Source: an uncultured Gammaproteobacteria bacterium
GTDB taxonomy: Bacteria > Pseudomonadota > Gammaproteobacteria > UBA6002
DNA length: 64,000 bases
Direction: 5' to 3'
NCBI GenBank assembly: GCA_963705725.1
Contig: CAVPKM010000016.1
Location: forward strand, 1-64,000
The notes beneath the pieces were generated by a model. It saw only the letters and a program-made list of their open reading frames with translations, was not told the DNA's origin and ran no database searches. Numbering within the stretch: position 1 is the first letter of the stretch; each line of letters opens with the position of its first letter. Positions 1 through 10,035 of the stretch are shown one piece after another. The position numbers and the translations under genes are program-made.

Positions 1-1500
1 TAATTTTTCTAGTTTTTGAGTGCCAAGGCCTAATAAAATTAAATCGCTACTGTGACAAGAATGACAACTTTTAAACACCTGACGAGTGCTGGCACAATGA
101 TGACAAACTAATTTCTCAAGCTCGGCATGATAAGTGAACCTTGCATCACAACGAGAACAATTCGCTATCCAACCACAATGATGACAAAGCAAGGTGGGCG
201 CAAACCCTCTGCGATTTAAAAAAATAAGAACTTGACCCTTTTCATTAAGATGTTTTTTCATTTGTTCTAAAAGATCAAGCGATAAGCCCTCTTCCAGTTT
301 TGCTTTTTTTACATCAATAAGATAAAACTTAGGTTGCACGGCATTGCCGGCTCTTTTGGGCAAGACTAAATGATGAAAACGCGTTTTCTTAACTTGATAA
401 AGCGACTCCAAACAAGGCGTTGCTGTTCCAAGTATAATCGGCACTTGTTCCTGTTTTGCGCGCATAATGGCAAGATCTTTAGCCGAATATCGAAATCCTG
501 ATTGCTGCTTAAAAGAGGCGTCCTGCTCTTCATCAAGAATAATAATTCCAAGCTCTGGTAAGGGGGTTAAAATGGCAGAACGCGTCCCAATAACGATGCG
601 AGCCTCGCCTTTAACCGCTGACAGCCAAGCATACGTCCGCTCGCGGTCATTCAAACCTGAGTGGAGAATGCTGATCGGGACAGAAAATCTTGCTTGGAAC
701 CTGGCTACTGTTTGAGGGGTCAAGCCAATTTCTGGCACCAAGATTAAGGCCTGCTGCTTGTTTTTCAAAAGGGCATCAATACATTGCAAATAAACTTCGG
801 TTTTCCCACTGCCAGTGACACCTTCTAAAAGGAAGGGTCCAAAACCCTGATGGCTAGTCACCGCGTGAACAGCTGCTTGTTGGTGCTCATTCAATGCTAG
901 ACAATTGGTTGTTATTTTATTAGCCGCATAAATGGCTTGCTGGCGAACATGCTTGTGTATGTAGCCTTTAGCTAATAAAGCCGTTAATGCCTTCACCTCA
1001 CCACCCGATGCCAGTATTTCTGGACGGCTTAAACCATTGGGATGTTGTTTCAGCAATCTCACTAATTTTTGTTGTTGAATCGCATGTTTCATAGAAACTT
1101 CTGAAGCCCTTGCACCCTGTTCGCTCAAGGTATAAACCGTTTCTTGTGGTAAATTAGCGGGTTCACCTTCTCTTAAGAGAGGAGGAAGACTAGAAAAAAC
1201 CACATCGCCGATAGGATGCTGATAATAACTGCTGGCAAAATTAAGCAAGGAAAGGATTGATGGGGTAAATAGAGAATCTTCATCCAAAAGCTCGGTAATT
1301 TCTTTGAGTTTATGATCAGGCACCTGGCTTTTATGACTAATATTGATAATCACCCCAGTTTGCTCCTTACTGCGAAAACAAACCTTTACCCTCGCACCTA
1401 ATTTTATTTTTTTTGCTGAAATGAAGGCGGGTAATCGATAGTCAAAGGTTTTCCGGACAGGAGTTTGCAGCGCAACTTGTAGAATATGTTCATCTTCCAT
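1..1500 (-). CDS. priA: Primosomal protein N' (PriA), 3' end runs off the window
   Basis: Manual translation from ATG at 1500: MEDEHILQVALQTPVRKTFDY..., Walker A LLEGVTGSGKTEVY, ILDEEQDASFKQ, LNRRGFAP and CxxC zinc motifs. Missing from the ORF track because no stop falls inside the window. Confidence 0.95.
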   Translation of the reverse strand, partial: MEDEHILQVALQTPVRKTFDYRLPAFISAKKIKLGARVKVCFRSKEQTGVIINISHKSQVPDHKLKEITELLDEDSLFTPSILSLLNFASSYYQHPIGDVVFSSLPPLLREGEPANLPQETVYTLSEQGARASEVSMKHAIQQQKLVRLLKQHPNGLSRPEILASGGEVKALTALLAKGYIHKHVRQQAIYAANKITTNCLALNEHQQAAVHAVTSHQGFGPFLLEGVTGSGKTEVYLQCIDALLKNKQQALILVPEIGLTPQTVARFQARFSVPISILHSGLNDRERTYAWLSAVKGEARIVIGTRSAILTPLPELGIIILDEEQDASFKQQSGFRYSAKDLAIMRAKQEQVPIILGTATPCLESLYQVKKTRFHHLVLPKRAGNAVQPKFYLIDVKKAKLEEGLSLDLLEQMKKHLNEKGQVLIFLNRRGFAPTLLCHHCGWIANCSRCDARFTYHAELEKLVCHHCASTRQVFKSCHSCHSSDLILLGLGTQKLEKL

Positions 1501-1598
1501 AACTTATCATCATAATCTATTTATAATCCCCCCGTAAAGAATTGAAATTCGGATAATTCTTAAAGAAAACAGCAAAGAAATGGGAAATCATTAAATTA

Positions 1599-1607
1599 TG
1601 CTATACT
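1599..1607 (+). promoter_or_regulatory. Extended -10 element (TGcTATACT) for the 6S-like RNA
   Basis: TG-C-TATACT lies 6 nt upstream of the predicted RNA 5' end; CTATACT also matches the RpoS-type -10. Confidence 0.6.
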
Positions 1608-1613
1608 TTACAT

Positions 1614-1785
1614 AAGTGCCTTGAGTGGATATTAATTCCTGAACTAACATTGAATAAGTTAAGGGGATAAGCGTTGGAGCACGGTGTGCAGGTTCACAGA
1701 ATTGTGAAAAGCCTAATGTGTTTCTCCCTTTCCCATATTATACTAAAGAGAGCTCAGTGTAACGGTATCTATCCAGGGCACTTTT
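1614..1785 (+). ncRNA. ssrS: 6S RNA-like (ssrS family)
   Basis: About 170-nt rod: 5' AAGUGCCUUGAGUGGAUA pairs with 3' UAUCUAUCCAGGGCACUU. Motifs CCUGAAC, CGGUGUGCA, apical hairpin UUCACA-GAAU-UGUGAA and AAAGCCUAA occur in the same order as in gammaproteobacterial 6S RNAs. Confidence 0.75.
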
Positions 1786-1828
1786 ATTTCCCCCCCAACC
1801 TGGGGCTTTCATTGCTAGGCAGAAACGA

Positions 1829-2290
1829 ATGACTAAACGGGTCACTCATCAAAGCGTCGATTACCACAATAAAGCTTATGTCATTCTTGGTTGGCGTGAA
1901 TGGGTGTCTTTACCGGAACTCGGCATCAAACAAATCAAAGCAAAAATTGATACTGGGGCACGAAGTTCAGCCTTGCATGCCGATAAGATTATGCGATATC
2001 GACAAGGCGGCAAAGATAAAGTCAGATTCGATTTGTATCCGATACAGCGCAATCACCAAGAAGCAGTCAGCTGTTCTGCGAATTTAATTGATACGCGATT
2101 TGTCACTGACTCGGGTGGACACCGTGAGTTACGTTATGTAATAGAAACCACCCTTATTTTAGGCGGCCTGAATCTTTCAATCGAAATCACTTTAACGAAT
2201 CGTTCCTTAATGACCTTTCGAATGCTATTAGGCAGAAAAGCGTTACAACATAACTATATAATCGATCCAGCGCGATCTTTTCGCACCTAA
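1829..2290 (+). CDS. RimK-associated retropepsin-like protease (RimB / putative ATP-dependent Zn protease family)
   Basis: GWREWVSLPELG, KAKIDTGARSSALH and MLLGR motifs; directly upstream of rimK. Confidence 0.85.
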   Translation: MTKRVTHQSVDYHNKAYVILGWREWVSLPELGIKQIKAKIDTGARSSALHADKIMRYRQGGKDKVRFDLYPIQRNHQEAVSCSANLIDTRFVTDSGGHRELRYVIETTLILGGLNLSIEITLTNRSLMTFRMLLGRKALQHNYIIDPARSFRT

Positions 2291-2302
2291 GAGGTTAATC
2301 AA

Positions 2303-3181
2303 ATGAAAATAGCGATTTTATCTAGTAAGCCTAAACTTTATTCAACAGCCAGATTAATAGAAGCTGCAGAAAAACGTGGCCATGAAGTGCATGTTGTCAA
2401 TACATTGCGTTGCTATATGAATATTGCTTCCAGTCGATCCACCATTCACTATCGAGGCAAGGAAATTAATTTTTATGATGCGGTTATTCCTCGCATAGGA
2501 AATTCCATCACTTTTTATGGCGCAGCTGTCGTTAGGCAATTTGAAATGATGGGCGTTTATTCTGTTAATGGTTCGACTGGCATTGTCAATTCACGCGATA
2601 AGCTACGCGCATTACAATTCTTATCAAAAAAAGGCATTGGTCTACCAATAACTGGCTTTGCTCATGCTCCTGACGACATCGGGGATTTGATCAAAATGGT
2701 GGGCGGCGCACCCTTGGTGATTAAATTAGTGGAAGGCACACAGGGTATTGGCGTGGTGCTAGCAGAGACAGAGATTGCAGCAGAAAGCGTGATTGAAGCT
2801 TTTCTTGGAATGAAGGCTAACATTCTTGTGCAAGAATATATCTCCGAAGCACGCGGCGTAGATTTACGTTGCTTTGTGATTGGTGATAAAGTGGTTGCTG
2901 CAATGCGCCGTACTGCAAAATCAGGAGGTTTTCGATCCAATATTCACCGCGGAGGAAAGGCCGAAGAAGTGGAATTGACAGAAATCGAAAGGGAAACAGC
3001 CATCCTAGCGGCGAAAACTGTGGGATTACGAGTAGCCGGGGTTGACATGCTGCGTTCAGCACGTGGGCCACTTGTGATGGAAGTCAATTCATCTCCAGGC
3101 TTAGAAGGCATAGAAAGTGCAACCAAGATGGATGTGGCAAGTCAAATTATTGGTTTTATTGAGGAGAATATCAGCGAATAA
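2303..3181 (+). CDS. rimK: RimK alpha-L-glutamate ligase (ATP-grasp)
   Basis: [36 protein letters not shown]. Confidence 0.95.
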   Translation: MKIAILSSKPKLYSTARLIEAAEKRGHEVHVVNTLRCYMNIASSRSTIHYRGKEINFYDAVIPRIGNSITFYGAAVVRQFEMMGVYSVNGSTGIVNSRDKLRALQFLSKKGIGLPITGFAHAPDDIGDLIKMVGGAPLVIKLVEGTQGIGVVLAETEIAAESVIEAFLGMKANILVQEYISEARGVDLRCFVIGDKVVAAMRRTAKSGGFRSNIHRGGKAEEVELTEIERETAILAAKTVGLRVAGVDMLRSARGPLVMEVNSSPGLEGIESATKMDVASQIIGFIEENISE

Positions 3182-5315
3182 CCCATTTAATTTTATCGGA
3201 TGGTTCTCACGGAAAAAATTCTTTATTCTTCTAATAACCACTACCACCATGATTTCAGCTTGCGATAACCATCCGTGGAATGATCCCTATCCGCTGAATC
3301 AGGCGACAGCCAATATCCGATATACTTCCTTTCAATCCTCTCCCAAAACACTCGATCCCGCCCGATCTTATTCACTCGATGAAACAATTTTTACTGCGCA
3401 AATTTATGAACCACCACTGCAATATCACTATTTAAAAAGACCTTATACGCTGGTTCCCCTAACGGCAAGCCAAATGCCCTCAGTAAGCACCCATTCTTCT
3501 TATGTGGCGTACGACATTTCAATTACACCCGGAATTTATTATCAACCCCATCCGGCTTTTGCCAAAAACAATCAAGGAAAACTCCTTTATTTACATCTCT
3601 CTTCCAACCATCTCAAGCATTATCATCAATTTCGTGACTTTACTCACCTTGGCACCCGCGAGCTAGTGGCAGAGGACTATGTGTATGAAATAAAAAGATT
3701 GGCTGATCCTTCGATCAATTCTCCTATTTATGGCTTGATGGCAGAAAAAATTGTGGGCTTGGCAGAATTTTCGCATCAATTGCAGCTTATTAGTCCAGGC
3801 AACCAGTGGTTAGATCTAAGAAAATATTCGCTTGCTGGCGCTATTGTGCTAGATCGTTACCACTTTCGCATCTTGCTACGCAGCTACTATCCTCAATTTA
3901 TCTATTGGTTGGCCATGCCTTTTTTTTCGCCAATTCCTTGGGAAGCTGACGCCTTTTACTCAAGACCTGAAATTAAGAAGAATAATATTACCTTGGATTG
4001 GTATCCAGTTGGGACCGGAGCCTATGTCCTATCTGAAAATAATCCTAATCGCAGAATGGTTCTGACCAAGAACCCCTTATTTCATGCAGAATTTTATCCT
4101 CAATCTGGGGAGCCAGGAGACAAGGCAGCCGGCTACTTACAAGCTGCTGGGATGAGGCTTCCCTTTATTGACAAAGTAATTTTTACGCTTGAAAAAGAAT
4201 CCATTCCTAGATGGAACAAGTTTTTACAAGGATATTATGACCAATCGACTATCGCTTCTGATAGTTTTGATCAGGCAATTCAAATTACTAATCAAGGCAA
4301 GCCAGTATTGACGCCTGAGCTTAAGAGCAAGAACATTCGGTTACAGGTTAGTGCCACTCAAGCACTTTATTACATGGGTTTTAATATGCTTGATCCCGTT
4401 ATAGGGGGAAATAGCCTGCGCACGAGCAAGCTACGACAAGCTATTTCCATTGCCATCGATTTTGAAGAGTATAAAAATATTTTTTTAAATGGTCGCGGCA
4501 TCGTCGCGCAAGGACCCCTCCCGCCTGGAGTTTTTGGATTTAAGGCTGGGAAGGCCGGAATGAATCGCTATGTTTATGATTGGAAACATTCTCATTTAAT
4601 CCGAAAACCGCTCGCCTATGCCAAGCAGCTTATGCAGGAAGCGGGTTATCCTGGCGGGATTGATCCGGCAACAGGACAGCCCTTGATATTAAATTATGAT
4701 TACCCTGTTACTAGCGGGCCGGATGAAAAATCTTTATTAGAATGGATGAGGGGTCAGTTTGCTAAAATAGGTATTCAACTGAATATTCGCAGTACAGACT
4801 ATAATCGTTTTCAAGAAAAAATGCGCTTAGGAGAGGGTCAGATTTTTTCTTGGGGTTGGATTGCCGATTATCCCGATCCAGAGAATTTTCTATTTCTTCT
4901 TTATGGTCCAAATAGTAAGACAAAAAATGGAGGCGAAAATGCAGCAAATTATCAAAATTCTCGCTTTGATTACTTGTTTGATCAAATGAAAAATTTACCA
5001 AATAATGAAAAACGCCAGGCAATTATCGATGAAATGTTAGAAATCACTAGGCATGACGTCCCTTGGATTTTTGGCATTGATCAAGAAGATTTTACCTTGA
5101 ACCAATCTTGGATTTATCCGAGTAAACCCAATATCCTTGCTTATAACAGCCTGAAATATCAACGCATTAATCCAATACTACGTGAGAAATTAAGAAATCG
5201 TTGGAATCAGCCCATTTTATGGCCACTATGGCTCATTCTATTAATACTGATTTTAATCAGCCTACCGGTTATTATTCGCTATCGCCAAAAAGAAAGAAAA
5301 AGCGTGAAATTATGA
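3117..5315 (+). CDS. ABC transporter family-5 (peptide-type) substrate-binding protein; true start probably downstream of 3117
   Basis: [28 protein letters not shown]; lipobox-like ISAC near the N-terminus; C-terminal hydrophobic helix followed by a basic tail. Confidence 0.85.
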   Translation: MQPRWMWQVKLLVLLRRISANNPFNFIGWFSRKKFFILLITTTTMISACDNHPWNDPYPLNQATANIRYTSFQSSPKTLDPARSYSLDETIFTAQIYEPPLQYHYLKRPYTLVPLTASQMPSVSTHSSYVAYDISITPGIYYQPHPAFAKNNQGKLLYLHLSSNHLKHYHQFRDFTHLGTRELVAEDYVYEIKRLADPSINSPIYGLMAEKIVGLAEFSHQLQLISPGNQWLDLRKYSLAGAIVLDRYHFRILLRSYYPQFIYWLAMPFFSPIPWEADAFYSRPEIKKNNITLDWYPVGTGAYVLSENNPNRRMVLTKNPLFHAEFYPQSGEPGDKAAGYLQAAGMRLPFIDKVIFTLEKESIPRWNKFLQGYYDQSTIASDSFDQAIQITNQGKPVLTPELKSKNIRLQVSATQALYYMGFNMLDPVIGGNSLRTSKLRQAISIAIDFEEYKNIFLNGRGIVAQGPLPPGVFGFKAGKAGMNRYVYDWKHSHLIRKPLAYAKQLMQEAGYPGGIDPATGQPLILNYDYPVTSGPDEKSLLEWMRGQFAKIGIQLNIRSTDYNRFQEKMRLGEGQIFSWGWIADYPDPENFLFLLYGPNSKTKNGGENAANYQNSRFDYLFDQMKNLPNNEKRQAIIDEMLEITRHDVPWIFGIDQEDFTLNQSWIYPSKPNILAYNSLKYQRINPILREKLRNRWNQPILWPLWLILLILILISLPVIIRYRQKERKSVKL

Positions 5316-6286
5316 CTGTTTATATTCTCCGCCGATTACTTTATGCCATTCCCATCCTCCTTGGCGTCAATCTTTTCACCTTCGCATTGTTTTTTATCGT
5401 GAATACCCCAGAAGACATGGCTCGCATGCATTTAGGACAGAAATATGTGACGCAAGAGGCGGTAGAATTATGGAAACACGCAAAGGGATACGACAAGCCG
5501 CTTTTTTTTAATCCAGCAGCCAAAGGCGCACAAAAATTATTTGATACCCTTTTTGTGCATAAATCTTATGAGCTATTAACTTTTGATTTCGGCTTATCTG
5601 ATAGTGGACGTAACATTCATTCTGACATTAGTGATCGGATGTGGCCAAGCCTTGCCCTAGCCATCCCCACTTTGTTAGGCGGTCTTTTTATTAATATTTG
5701 TCTTGCCATGTTATTGGCTTTTTTTAAAAGAACTTACCTAGATCTCGCTGGATTAACGTTTTGCATTATGATGATGTCAGTTTCTGCCCTGTTTTATATT
5801 ATTGGCGGGCAATATCTTTTTGGCCGGATGCTAAGGCTGGTACCCATCTCCGGATATCAAGGTGGTCTCGCTTCATTTAAATTTCTTTTATTACCTGCTG
5901 TCATTGGCATACTCGCCGGCCTAGGGTCAGGGGCAAGATGGTACCGGACCTTGTTTTTGGAAGAAATGCACAAAGAATATGTTCAAACAGCACGAAGCAA
6001 GGGACTCTCTGAACAAACTATTTTATTTCGCCATGTTCTTCGCAATGCATTAATTCCTATTTCCACGGGGGTGGTGGTGTTAATTCCGACCCTTTTCTTG
6101 GGAAGTTTAATCATGGAATCTTTTTTTGGCATACCAGGCCTTGGCAGCTACACTATCGATGCCATCCGCTCTCAAGACTTTGAAATTGTTCGCGTCATGG
6201 TTTATTTAGGTACGGTATTTTATATCTTAGGACTAATCCTGACCGACCTTTCTTATACTTTAGTCGATCCCCGCATTCGTTTGTAG
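5312..6286 (+). CDS. Peptide ABC transporter permease (OppB/DppB-like)
   Basis: YILRRLL start (ATG 5312 overlaps the upstream stop), EAA-loop region YVQTARSKGLSE, HVLRNAL, C-terminal DPRIRL. Confidence 0.9.
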   Translation: MTVYILRRLLYAIPILLGVNLFTFALFFIVNTPEDMARMHLGQKYVTQEAVELWKHAKGYDKPLFFNPAAKGAQKLFDTLFVHKSYELLTFDFGLSDSGRNIHSDISDRMWPSLALAIPTLLGGLFINICLAMLLAFFKRTYLDLAGLTFCIMMMSVSALFYIIGGQYLFGRMLRLVPISGYQGGLASFKFLLLPAVIGILAGLGSGARWYRTLFLEEMHKEYVQTARSKGLSEQTILFRHVLRNALIPISTGVVVLIPTLFLGSLIMESFFGIPGLGSYTIDAIRSQDFEIVRVMVYLGTVFYILGLILTDLSYTLVDPRIRL

Positions 6287-6328
6287 CACAGAAAAAGCCC
6301 TAGGACGACGTGGAAAAGGAGGAGTATT

Positions 6329-7144
6329 ATGGATTTATATGCAGTAGTGGGTCACCCCATTTCACATAGCAAATCGCCTTTTATTCATGCTGAATTTGCG
6401 AAGCAAACACATCAAATAATGCAATATATTAAAATCGAAGTGCCGCTTGATCAATTTTCAAACTTTGTTCACGATTTTCAACGAAGGCAGGGTAAAGGGT
6501 TAAATATTACCCTACCCTTCAAGCAACAAGCTTATCAGCTTGCCAGTGTGCTTAGCGATAGGGCGCGCTTAGCAAAAGCGGTGAATACCCTGACTTTTGA
6601 TAATAATGAAATATATGGTGATAACACAGATGGAGTAGGATGGATTAAAGATATTGTTAATAACCATCATTTTTCACTTACTCATAAAAAAATATTAATT
6701 CTAGGAGCAGGAGGCGCGGTACGAGGTATTTTACCTTTGCTGAGCCATTATCAACCTAAATGTGTAATGATTGCCAATCGCACAATTGAAAATGCGGAAA
6801 CACTTGCCGCCGAGTTTCAATCATGTTTGACGCTTACCGCAAGTGGTTTAGGGCAAATTGAAGGACAATATGACCTGATTATTAACGGAACGAGCAGCGC
6901 ACTGACGGGTGCCTTTCTTACGCTCCCGGAATCGATTTTGTCGCCAACTACTTTTTGCTATGATTTGATGTATGCAAAAACACTTACCCCATTTTTAAAA
7001 TGGGCAAAATCACAGGGTATCAACCACCTTGCTGATGGCCTCGGCATGTTAGTTGAGCAAGCCGCTGAATCTTTTTTTATTTGGCGAGGCATCAAGCCAA
7101 ACACTAAAGCCATCATAGCTAGGCTGGCTAGTTGCCGCAGATAA
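6329..7144 (+). CDS. aroE: Shikimate dehydrogenase
   Basis: GHPISHSKSP, NITLPFK, AVNT, GDNTDG, GAGGA, GLGMLVEQAA. Confidence 0.95.
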   Translation: MDLYAVVGHPISHSKSPFIHAEFAKQTHQIMQYIKIEVPLDQFSNFVHDFQRRQGKGLNITLPFKQQAYQLASVLSDRARLAKAVNTLTFDNNEIYGDNTDGVGWIKDIVNNHHFSLTHKKILILGAGGAVRGILPLLSHYQPKCVMIANRTIENAETLAAEFQSCLTLTASGLGQIEGQYDLIINGTSSALTGAFLTLPESILSPTTFCYDLMYAKTLTPFLKWAKSQGINHLADGLGMLVEQAAESFFIWRGIKPNTKAIIARLASCRR

Positions 7145-8021
7145 TTTCACTAAACCCTTTCGCATCCCGATGATTACTTACCGTTTGTGTGCCTAACATA
7201 AACGTGGGCCTCCCTCCTAATGACTCGATTTTGCAATCAACTGCCTGCTTATAACCCATACGCCGACAATAAAGATCGGCGGCTGGCTTGCCGCATTCAC
7301 TGTTAAGTCTTAAACAGTAATCCACTCGAACATTATCGATACGCGGGCAATTAAAAACCTGAGTATGGGGTTTGCGACGAATTGACCTTTTTTCTACTAT
7401 TTTCCGTTCTTTTATAGGAGGAGAAATTTGCTGCGCAGGAAAAGTTTGATTAAACGCCGCGTGGGCAGCTTTTGCCTCTTGCCCAGCTGCTAGCAAGGAA
7501 AGCGCAATCGCTTCTTCTTTAATCGCTTGATTACGAGCAAGCGGGGGATATTGACCGGTTAATATCTCAAAAGGAGGATACTGACCATTTCTTTCATTAA
7601 AAACTCCCCCAAGATTGCTAAAATTCGTATTGTTTTGATAGCCCACTAAGGCACATTGCGATTTAGTCAGCCACGGATCGCCATCACACTTTACTTCTAC
7701 AATGACCGTGCCCAAATTATTGTTGAATGTCGTCACCTCCATGCCTTCATTTGTCTCTTCGTCCCAATCCGCATTGATCTCCGCCCAGACATTTTGATAA
7801 ATCCAAGCATTGCCAATTGGGAGCTTAATTGAACAAATGCCGTTAAAATAATAGCTATGCTTCTTATCAAGTGATACGCCTCGCGCTGAACGAAGCTTGA
7901 GTTTACAACTATAAGGCGGGCTCAAATCTGTCACATAGCTATGGAATATTGATGTTCCAAAGATAGGATTACTCTCTGCGAATAATAGGAGACAGAATAA
8001 AAAACGCAGGTATAAATGCAT
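7128..8021 (-). CDS. Hypothetical exported protein with Cys-rich C-terminal domain
   Basis: Signal-like N-terminus from ATG 8021 (SD-like AAAGGA upstream); C-terminal PRIDNVRVDYC...CGKPAADLYCRRMGY...FSEIIC module. Confidence 0.7.
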   Translation of the reverse strand: MHLYLRFLFCLLLFAESNPIFGTSIFHSYVTDLSPPYSCKLKLRSARGVSLDKKHSYYFNGICSIKLPIGNAWIYQNVWAEINADWDEETNEGMEVTTFNNNLGTVIVEVKCDGDPWLTKSQCALVGYQNNTNFSNLGGVFNERNGQYPPFEILTGQYPPLARNQAIKEEAIALSLLAAGQEAKAAHAAFNQTFPAQQISPPIKERKIVEKRSIRRKPHTQVFNCPRIDNVRVDYCLRLNSECGKPAADLYCRRMGYKQAVDCKIESLGGRPTFMLGTQTVSNHRDAKGFSEIICGN

Positions 8022-8035
8022 AAATAATCCTTTAG

Positions 8036-9016
8036 TCACGAAAAGTATTTCAATAGCATGGTTGCTAGTAATTCTACATGGCCTGGCTGGTCATTCAATG
8101 CAGGAATGTAATTAAAATTTATTCCACCCGCTTCATAAAAAATCCTTTTATTGGTTATTGCCATTTCTTCTAATGTTTCTAAACAATCCACCGCAAAGCC
8201 TGGGCAGATCACATCGAGCGTTGTTATCCCCTGCTTTGGGAGCGCTTGTAGCACTTGTCTGCAATAAGGCTGCAACCATCGCGCTCGGCCAAACCGAGAT
8301 TGAAAAACAATACGCCATTTTTCTGGCGGAAGCGCTAGTTTTTTCGCGACGCCCACTGCCGTTGCCTGACATTGAGCTAAATACGGATCTCCTTTTTTAA
8401 TGAGTTTTTGCGGCAATCCATGAAAAGAGAAAAGCAATAATTGTCCGGGTGGATGCACCACCTGCCAGGACTGTTCAATTGAACTGGCGATAGCCTGAAT
8501 ATAGCTGGACTCTGCCACATAATGTGGAACGAATTGAATTTCTGGTTGCCAATGCAGAAGCTCCAATTCGGAGCGTATCGTATTAAAGGTCGACGCGGTG
8601 GTCGTGGTTGAATACTGTGGATACAGTGGCAGCACCACTAACCGATCAATCGCTTTTGCTTTAAGAACCTTCAGGGCTTCTGCCAAGGAAGGTTGGCCAT
8701 AGCGCATGCCAAGGGAGAGCGCAATCGGATAGGGTCTTAATTTATCTTGCAATTTATGTATGAGTGCAGCGCTATAAACGAGCAGTGGCGAGCCCTGCTC
8801 TGTCCAAATTTTTTGATAAAGCGCTGCAGATTTAGGCGATCTCAATTTTAAAATAAGACCATGGAGAATAGGCTTCCAAATAAATTTTGGAATATTCACC
8901 ACATAGGGGTCAGCTAAAAATTCTGCTAAGTATCTGGAAACCGCTTCTGTAGAAGGGGCGTCCGGTGTTCCCAAATTCGTCAATAAAATGCCCGTTTTTG
9001 AGATTAAGGGGTGCAT
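8036..9016 (-). CDS. hemH: Ferrochelatase
   Basis: LLTNLGTPDAP, LPLYPQYS, FSFHGLP, FQSRFG, DCLETLEE. Confidence 0.95.
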   Translation of the reverse strand: MHPLISKTGILLTNLGTPDAPSTEAVSRYLAEFLADPYVVNIPKFIWKPILHGLILKLRSPKSAALYQKIWTEQGSPLLVYSAALIHKLQDKLRPYPIALSLGMRYGQPSLAEALKVLKAKAIDRLVVLPLYPQYSTTTTASTFNTIRSELELLHWQPEIQFVPHYVAESSYIQAIASSIEQSWQVVHPPGQLLLFSFHGLPQKLIKKGDPYLAQCQATAVGVAKKLALPPEKWRIVFQSRFGRARWLQPYCRQVLQALPKQGITTLDVICPGFAVDCLETLEEMAITNKRIFYEAGGINFNYIPALNDQPGHVELLATMLLKYFS

Positions 9017-10035
9017 TAATGATAATCCTGATCACCGCTAACTTTGCCACGAAATACACGATAGGCAAAAATACTGTAGGCAATTAAAACGGGTAATAAA
9101 ATGATGGTTCCAACGAGTTGAAACCGTAACGCACTGTTGCTTGCTGCTGCCTCCCAAAACGTGAGGGTTCGAGGAACAATATAGGGCCACATACTGATTC
9201 CAATTCCAATATAAGCAAAAACAAATAAGCTAATACTTAATAAAAATGGCAGTTTTTCCGTATTGATTTTGGGGTAGTGAATAAAATAAAAAGCAGCAAG
9301 CACTGCGACGATTGAAATAATCGGCAAGGGCAATAAATAATAAAAATTAGGCAGTGAAAACCATCGTAATTTGATCGTCGGTTGTAGCTCTGGCGTCCAA
9401 ACACTGATGATAAAAAGAAATGATGCCAAAATAAAAAGTAAAATACGCGCAGCTTGATACATATTGGCTTGCAGCTCGCCATCGGTTTTAATAATTAACC
9501 AAGTTGAGCCAAGCAAGGCATAGCCAAAAACCACACCCAGCCCCGTTACAATGCTAAAAGGGGTCAGCCACAAGTAGGTAGTATGTGGTAATAAAAATTC
9601 TCCATTAATAAAAGTGCCAAGTATCAGCCCTTGGCAAAACGCAGCGGCTGTTGATCCGCCTGAAAAAGCCAGGTCCCATAAAAATCGAGAACGATGCGCC
9701 TTTCCTCGAAACTCAAATGCTACCCCACGAAATACTAATGCTCCCAGCATCACCATAATGGGCAGATACAGAGTAGGTAACAAGGTGCTATAGGCGATAG
9801 GAAATGCTCCATAGAGCATAGCACCTCCAAATACCAACCAAGTTTCATTCCCATCCCAAACTGGCGCAACGCTATTCATCATTAAACTACGATATTGTCC
9901 GTTTCTTACCCAGGGAAATAAAATTCCAATTCCTAAATCAAAGCCATCCAATATGACATAGAAAACCACACCGAGGGCAAGGATTAATGCTGAGATAAGG
10001 GGGAGCAAGTTATGACTAATTATCAAAGGTATCAT
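9016..10035 (-). CDS. cydB: Cytochrome bd ubiquinol oxidase subunit II
   Basis: LDGFDLGIG, PVWDGNETWLV, FRGVAFEFR. Confidence 0.95.
   Translation of the reverse strand: MIPLIISHNLLPLISALILALGVVFYVILDGFDLGIGILFPWVRNGQYRSLMMNSVAPVWDGNETWLVFGGAMLYGAFPIAYSTLLPTLYLPIMVMLGALVFRGVAFEFRGKAHRSRFLWDLAFSGGSTAAAFCQGLILGTFINGEFLLPHTTYLWLTPFSIVTGLGVVFGYALLGSTWLIIKTDGELQANMYQAARILLFILASFLFIISVWTPELQPTIKLRWFSLPNFYYLLPLPIISIVAVLAAFYFIHYPKINTEKLPFLLSISLFVFAYIGIGISMWPYIVPRTLTFWEAAASNSALRFQLVGTIILLPVLIAYSIFAYRVFRGKVSGDQDYH

Noticed and set aside
366-715. Short ORFs 366..551 and 467..715
   Set aside because: They are alternate-frame or antisense shadows of priA, which spans 1-1500.
1829-3181. Protease-rimK pair as a novel peptide-modification system
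   Set aside because: The rimB-rimK arrangement is already described and widespread in gammaproteobacteria.
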